In this document: one piece after another, positions 52,701 through 55,580 of the stretch
How the letters are laid out: each line of letters starts with the position of its first letter
Position numbering within the stretch: position 1 is the stretch's first letter
DNA from: Girardia tigrina
Taxonomy: Eukaryota
Direction: 5' to 3'
Assembly (NCBI GenBank): GCA_001938485.1
Contig: MQRK01254915.1
Span: forward strand, 1-55,580
DNA: 55,580 bases
Program-made: the position numbers and the translations under genes
The notes under the pieces: model-generated
The model's database searches: none
What the model was told of the DNA's origin: nothing
The model's input: the letters and a program-made list of their open reading frames with translations, nothing else

Positions 52701-55003
52701 AATATATTTTTTCTTATGAAATTATGGTAGTTTTATAATTTTGTAAAACCTTACAAATTATTAAAAATTATTCAAGTTTTTCGTTTTAAAAATAAATATT
52801 TTTTTTTAATTTTAAATATTAAACAAAAATTAAATTAACTAATAATTAATCAGAATTTTAAAAATATCATGAAAATCATTTTTTAGATAAATATTTTTAA
52901 TAATAATATAGAAAGAAAAACTTTTCTAAAAAATTGTTATTTTTTCTTTGATCAAATTTTTAGAACATCAAAAATTACTTCATATTTAATTATACTTAAA
53001 AAATTTTATTAAAATATATTACTAAAAATATTACTAATATTTTTCATTAATTACAATAATTTTTAATAATTTTTTTAAGTAAAACTAATTAACTAATTTA
53101 AAATTAATTAATTTTATTAGTATATTGTTAATAAAAAAATTAATTAAGCTATAAATTGAAGGTAGTTAAAATACTAAACTATTTTGAATAATTAATCCTT
53201 CAAATTAAAACGTTTCATGTATAAATTAAAATCTTTCCAAAGAAATGTTAAGGAAAACGTACTTAATTTTTACTGGCATCTTCTCAAAAAAATTAGAATG
53301 CTTTCAAACGAAACCCTTCTTTAGATATTTAAGTTATAGGAATAAAAGAGATTGTTGGCGGTATACTTTGACAAAAATAGTGCTGAAAAGTTCAAGAGAC
53401 TCAATGAAATGATAAAAAGAAGATTTGAAAGTTATAAAGGTTTTTTTTGAAATTATCAGATGATTAAAGAAGGTTAACTTATTAAAGCGAAAAATTCAAA
53501 TTTTATTAAAAAAATGTAAACAAAATGTCAACTGTTTAGAGAACTCACACATTGACTACAACATTTGTTACAGAATTTATTACTCATATTGTACGTTGGC
53601 GATATTCTATACCTTGATTTAAAATAATTTCTACTTTCAACTCTTTTAAGTTAAACCTTTTTCCATTCTTTATATTAGCTTACTTTCTAGAAACCTATTT
53701 TTGAAGGCTTTTTACTCAATCTCTTTTCTCCAAACTCATTCTCGATCACAATAAATGATAGTGTGAAAATTTGATCGAAAAAAACTTTTTAAGGTCCCAA
53801 AATAGGAAACAACGGAAAATTCTGAGTTCCAGAAGAATATTAATTGAAAAAGATCTACTTATAAATTATAAGTAGTTTATGTTAATTTTTAATCGTGTTT
53901 TTAAATTATTTTTTTAATTAAAACTTTGTTGGCATGGTAGAGTTCTGTCTACATAAAGAATGAATATAAAAAAATTAATTTTTTGATTTATTGGTCCCTT
54001 TTAAGGAAGTAAACAACCATGATCCTGTGTAGCAATTAGTTCTTAATGAACAATATAATTTTCTTTTATTTGCAACATTGTTAAGATTGACAGAGAATGG
54101 AAAGATCTTTTGAAATATTGATAAATAAATTGAAAATATAAACGAAATTATAACTAGAAATGGTAAAGTTACTAAAGTAGAACTATCTGAGGGACTGGAT
54201 GTCGCTGTCCTCTTATGTATCCCTTTCTTTATTGTAAGATGTCAGTATTAGTCTTTGAAATTATTTAAATTTATAATACAGATTTAGATTCTGATAAGGG
54301 TCATCATAAATTATGTAAATATATTTTAATTTAAATTTAAATTTTGATAAAATATTAACTATGTATTAGAAAACAATAAACTAGAATTTGAAAAAAATTA
54401 AACAATAAAATTAAAAAGGGAAATTCCAAGCAGAACCTCAATAGTATACGATAACCTTGATAGTAGAATTCAAAACGGAGTTTATTTTCTTTCCAAAATA
54501 ACTCATTCTATGAGGTTAATCATGGTTTGTTTTACTTCCTTTTACAATCTTCTGAGAGATTTTAAATTTAAAGAAACTTCTTGAATACATTGATTCTGAG
54601 TATTTTTGTATTGATAAAAATATTAAAATGTTTATAATATTGACTTCTTATGCAACAATACTGGATCAAATTTTGGTAATATATTCCATATATTTTGTTT
54701 AATAAAAAATTCTTATTATCCCTGATAATTTTAATATAATAACATAATTTCCATGTGGTATTATGAGAAGTTTAATATTAATTATTTAGGAATTAATTTA
54801 TTTAGTTCAATTAAAAAACAATAGAAAAATATTAAATTAGAATATTTTCTCTAACATGTGAGGATCGGATCAAAAAGTTTCCTTGCACTCCCAGCATCAT
54901 TGGTGGCGATACACGTGTACCTGGTGATGTGAGATTTGTCCACGTTCATAAAGTACAACTGGGAATTATTGCTCAGTACCACCGGAGGAGAACTCGTTTC
55001 CAA
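902..55003 (-). CDS. HMCN1: Hemicentin-1-like gene (partial; both ends lie outside the window). Ig repeats - 6x TSP1 - G2F - cbEGF repeats
   Basis: 37 exons read with GT-AG borders and consistent phase: 55003-54856, 49772-49597, 49549-49447, 49402-49127, 49077-48790, 46510-46199, 46152-45956, 44780-44693, 44638-44348, 43136-42843, 41157-40870, 40812-40656, 37981-37869, 33124-32846, 32009-31814, 29718-29636, 29579-29389, 29345-29261, 29186-28920, 25432-25251, 25205-25124, 22691-22520, 18971-18798, 18756-18543, 18501-18301, 18084-17883, 17834-17478, 13884-13670, 9990-9750, 9701-9438, 7304-7041, 6995-6876, 1787-1536, 1487-1365, 1313-1257, 1211-1083, 1028-902. The order Ig(n)-TSP1x6-G2F-EGF(n) is the hemicentin-1 architecture. 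Confidence 0.92.
2161..3225 (-). mobile_element. Decayed DD34D mariner-family transposase
   Basis: STVYRW in the HTH; catalytic VDEKW, QDNARPH and [11 protein letters not shown] with 34 residues between the second and third Asp. Several frameshifts; TIRs not identified. Confidence 0.85.
3702..4421 (+). mobile_element. hAT transposon remnant (C-terminal dimerisation domain)
   Basis: [48 protein letters not shown] (3980-4171). CAGGCGCGTAGGCAGG-type left end; right end degenerate. Confidence 0.7.
6876..7304 (-). CDS. HMCN1: Hemicentin exons 31-32: three cbEGF modules
   Basis: [19 protein letters not shown]..., [48 protein letters not shown]. 45-nt intron at 6996-7040. Confidence 0.92.
7953..8895 (+). 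mobile_element. Minos-like Tc1 transposon, 3'-truncated, with a 48-nt spliceosomal intron
   Basis: [21 protein letters not shown], intron gtaag..tttaag (8690-8737), then [30 protein letters not shown]. The left boundary is approximate. Confidence 0.85.
9438..9990 (-). CDS. HMCN1: Hemicentin exons 29-30: G2F domain, C-terminal part
   Basis: [26 protein letters not shown]...[10 protein letters not shown], then a 48-nt intron (9702-9749), then [11 protein letters not shown]...[16 protein letters not shown] leading into the EGF region. Confidence 0.85.
11622..13460 (-). mobile_element. Penelope-like retroelement (RT + GIY-YIG), 5'-truncated, with an inverted copy of its 3' end at 13132-13460
   Basis: [68 protein letters not shown]. 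13132-13385 (+) is the reverse complement of about 11622-11880. Confidence 0.93.
13380..13430 (+). ncRNA. Minimal type I hammerhead ribozyme motif (PLE-associated)
   Basis: gt-CTGATGA-T-GACGG-ttgat-CCGTC-GAAA-TTAA-TC-ac. Confidence 0.7.
13670..13884 (-). CDS. HMCN1: Hemicentin exon 28: G2F domain, N-terminal part
   Basis: [23 protein letters not shown]...[13 protein letters not shown]|gtaag. Phases match the flanking exons. Confidence 0.85.
14218..14412. repeat. MITE-like repeat built from TGATGAATCATCCGG units (related copies at about 16820-17255 and 24872-25020)
   Basis: Inverted arrays TTCATCACCGGA..TTCATCACAC / GTGTGATGAATCATTCGGTAATGAA. The same unit recurs at three places in the window. 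Confidence 0.6.
15835..16308. mobile_element. Non-autonomous hAT element carrying a mariner HTH fragment
   Basis: TIRs CAGGGCTGCCCAAC / GTTGGGCAGAACTG; perfect 8-bp TSD TTCTATGG (15827-15834 and 16309-16316). Confidence 0.85.
17478..18971 (-). CDS. HMCN1: Hemicentin exons 23-27: end of last Ig domain and six thrombospondin type-1 repeats
   Basis: Six WSxWxxWSxCSxxC-type motifs ([53 protein letters not shown]) with RxRxC motifs. Confidence 0.95.
19015..19242 (+). pseudogene. Ubiquitin-like moiety (76 codons) at the N-terminus of the retrotransposon Gag
   Basis: (I)[74 protein letters not shown]. Ungapped against ubiquitin, 45/76 identical by manual count. ATA at codon 1 and TAG at codon 51. 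Confidence 0.93.
19015..21120 (+). mobile_element. Decayed Bel/Pao LTR-retrotransposon gag-protease fragment (Ub - Gag - CCCH x2 - aspartic protease)
   Basis: Bel/Pao Gag core (DUF1759-type) [45 protein letters not shown]. Protease [14 protein letters not shown] and [13 protein letters not shown]. Stops at 19165, 19309, 19894 and 20050, frameshift near 20315. No LTR or RT seen. Confidence 0.88.
21142..21670. mobile_element. Severely 5'-truncated Penelope-like element: two 3' ends in inverted orientation
   Basis: 21142-21320 (-) encodes [20 protein letters not shown] and mirrors 21415-21535 (+). Only the + copy continues into the hammerhead. Confidence 0.85.
21545..21600 (+). ncRNA. Minimal type I hammerhead ribozyme motif (PLE-associated)
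   Basis: gac-CTGATGA-T-GACGGT-tat-ACTGTC-GAAA-TTAA-TT-gtc. Confidence 0.78.
22520..22691 (-). CDS. HMCN1: Hemicentin exon 22 (Ig domain, N-terminal half)
   Basis: [38 protein letters not shown]; GT-AG borders. Confidence 0.9.
22800..23361 (+). mobile_element. mariner remnant, 3' half
   Basis: [39 protein letters not shown]; degenerate TIR near 23335-23360. Confidence 0.85.
23433..24600 (-). mobile_element. Tc1-family remnant
   Basis: TA|CAGTACTGGTCAAAAGT terminus; degenerate transposase with FSDES, TVKHPSS and [14 protein letters not shown]. Confidence 0.82.
24636..24867. mobile_element. piggyBac-type MITE
   Basis: TTAA|CCCTTAAATGCAT ... ATGCATTCAAGGG|TTAA: 13-bp TIRs with one mismatch and TTAA on both sides. 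Confidence 0.8.
25124..25432 (-). CDS. HMCN1: Hemicentin exons 20-21 (Ig domain)
   Basis: [24 protein letters not shown] | [16 protein letters not shown]; 45-nt intron. Confidence 0.9.
28920..29718 (-). CDS. HMCN1: Hemicentin exons 16-19 (Ig domains)
   Basis: [67 protein letters not shown]. Confidence 0.9.
31814..33124 (-). CDS. HMCN1: Hemicentin exons 14-15 (Ig domains)
   Basis: 33124-32846 encodes [29 protein letters not shown]. 32009-31814 encodes [20 protein letters not shown]. Confidence 0.9.
32150..32765 (+). mobile_element. Old Penelope-like 3' fragment with a short inverted 5' piece
   Basis: [33 protein letters not shown]. 32155-32218 is inverted relative to about 32272-32330. Confidence 0.8.
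34052..35177 (-). mobile_element. hAT (Charlie/Buster-type) deletion derivative
   Basis: TIRs CCGTGTTTTTCAAACT / AGTTTTGAAAACGCTG; near-perfect 8-bp TSD ATTTAAGG / ATTAAAGG; C-terminal motif [24 protein letters not shown]. Confidence 0.82.
36260..36354. repeat. About 95-bp foldback (MITE-like hairpin)
   Basis: TATGAACTACTAACACTGGAAACAGTGGAAACA ... TGTTTCCACTTTTTGCCAGTGTTAGTAATTCATA. Confidence 0.7.
36825..37290 (-). mobile_element. DINE-1/HINE-like (Helentron-derived) non-autonomous element
   Basis: Subterminal inverted repeats GCGCAATTTCC (36846-36856) / GGAAATTGCGC (37270-37280), an adjacent partial inverted repeat, a (GGAT)n microsatellite and a CTAG-T-rich end. Confidence 0.6.
37295..37440. 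repeat. Dispersed repeat; opposite-orientation copy at about 53735-53990 (which also matches 36720-36800)
   Basis: Shared CTACTTATAATTTATAAGTAGATCTTTTTCAATTAATATT..CTCAGAATTTTCC. The left copy is interrupted by the HINE-like element. Confidence 0.75.
37869..37981 (-). CDS. HMCN1: Hemicentin exon 13 (Ig domain, C-terminal half)
   Basis: [25 protein letters not shown]; its phase-2 acceptor matches the exon 12 donor. Confidence 0.9.
39105..40074. mobile_element. Solo-LTR-like insertion (TGT...ACA, 5-bp TSD ACGAG)
   Basis: ACGAG (39100-39104) | TGTAAAAAT ... ATATCACA | ACGAG (40075-40079). Removing the insert and one TSD restores the PLE reading frame. Confidence 0.82.
39400..40010 (-). pseudogene. 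Otopetrin (OTOP proton channel) N-terminal-half fragment, frameshifted
   Basis: [33 protein letters not shown], and after frameshifts [20 protein letters not shown]. These match the otopetrin family motifs YLRxG..FG..S.IY.G, F...Q..F and FG..H...TN...W in the right order and spacing. Confidence 0.75.
40656..46510 (-). CDS. HMCN1: Hemicentin exons 6-12 (Ig domains)
   Basis: I-set Ig motifs such as [82 protein letters not shown]. Confidence 0.92.
42009..42396. mobile_element. Non-autonomous hAT MITE
   Basis: TIRs CAGTGGCGGATTTAG / CTAAATCTACCACTG; perfect 8-bp TSD AACTACGA (42001-42008 and 42397-42404). Confidence 0.88.
47262..47640. mobile_element. MITE with about 55-bp imperfect TIRs, superfamily unclear
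   Basis: CCGGCTTCTGAATTTCAGAATGAACTCTGAAAGAA versus TTCTTGTAGAGTTCATCTCTGAGATTCTGAGGCCGG; outer ATACTG / CAGTAT. Confidence 0.7.
48790..49772 (-). CDS. HMCN1: Hemicentin exons 2-5 (three Ig domains)
   Basis: [69 protein letters not shown]. Introns 44-49 nt. Confidence 0.92.
50101..50182. mobile_element. 82-bp Stowaway-like Tc1/mariner MITE
   Basis: Perfect 32-bp TIRs CTCCCTCTGTCCGAAAATAAGAGTCCCATTTC, 18-bp spacer, TA on both sides. Confidence 0.88.
50560..52110 (+). mobile_element. Penelope-like retroelement (two assembly gaps)
   Basis: [57 protein letters not shown]. The 3' end beyond the gap matches 21550-21665. Confidence 0.92.
52000..52050 (+). ncRNA. Minimal type I hammerhead ribozyme motif (PLE-associated)
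   Basis: gac-CTGACGA-T-GACGGT-tat-ACCGTC-GAAA-TTAA-TT-gtc. Confidence 0.8.
54856..55003 (-). CDS. HMCN1: First hemicentin exon in the window (Ig domain, C-terminal half)
   Basis: ttcag|[45 protein letters not shown]..|gttag. Confidence 0.85.
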
Positions 55004-55580
55004 CTGAAAGTAATAAAATTAAAATCAAATTGTGTACATGACCATGTCAATTTTTTCTAATAATTTTGATTTTATGTAACCTTATCAAAACATTGTTAAG
55101 TATTACGTATTTTCAAAATAAATTTCCATTTGTCCTATTCAAAAATGAATATTTGAAGAAAACTATTTTTTAAATAATGTTGCTCATTATGGTCTGCCAT
55201 CACAGTCTAACCTTTGAATCAACGTTTAAAATAATACATACTTATTTATTAAGATACATAATATTGGTTAATTTTAAAATTATCTAAGGGGTCTAGACAC
55301 ATAAAACGAATAGTAATAAAGAGAAGTGGTAATTTAATAATAACTCTACGTGCAAATTTTTGAATTGTAAAGTCAAGCTCACCCAAAAATAGTTTTTATG
55401 ATTAAAATATATAAACTTAAAATATGAAAACAAAAAAGTAGTGATTTTCTTTTATTTTACATTATTAGGGTGAGTCATAAGTTGTGGGACACTTTTTATT
55501 AAAAATTAAAATGTTCATAAAACAACGCACAATAAAGATTATGATTCGAAATAAAGTCCATTATGTTCAATACATTGTAC

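Noticed and set aside
55465-55580. Possible Tc1/mariner TIR (TAGGGTGAGTCATAAG) at the window edge
   Set aside because: No partner TIR or transposase visible in the window.

Overview
AT-rich animal (invertebrate) genomic DNA. The window is the 3' part of one minus-strand hemicentin-1-like gene, open at both ends. I traced 37 GT-AG exons with consistent phases between 55003 and 902. They encode 15 complete plus 1 partial Ig domain, 6 TSP1 repeats, a G2F (nidogen G2-like) domain and 8 Ca-binding EGF modules. Introns are either tiny (41-74 nt) or multi-kb and packed with decayed transposons: mariner, Tc1, Minos-like, hAT, piggyBac MITE, Helentron-like and Penelope-like elements. Three things stand out. 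(1) A decayed Bel/Pao LTR-retrotransposon ORF (19015-21074, +) begins with an exact 76-codon ubiquitin fused in frame to Gag, and its Gag carries CCCH zinc fingers where CCHC knuckles are expected, followed by the protease. (2) A 970-bp TGT...ACA element with a perfect 5-bp target-site duplication (39105-40074, solo-LTR-like) carries an otopetrin proton-channel coding fragment and splits a Penelope-like element. (3) Four Penelope-associated minimal hammerhead ribozyme motifs share an extra core U and a palindromic stem III, with compensatory changes in stem I. All coordinates and translations were read by eye and no database searches were run.
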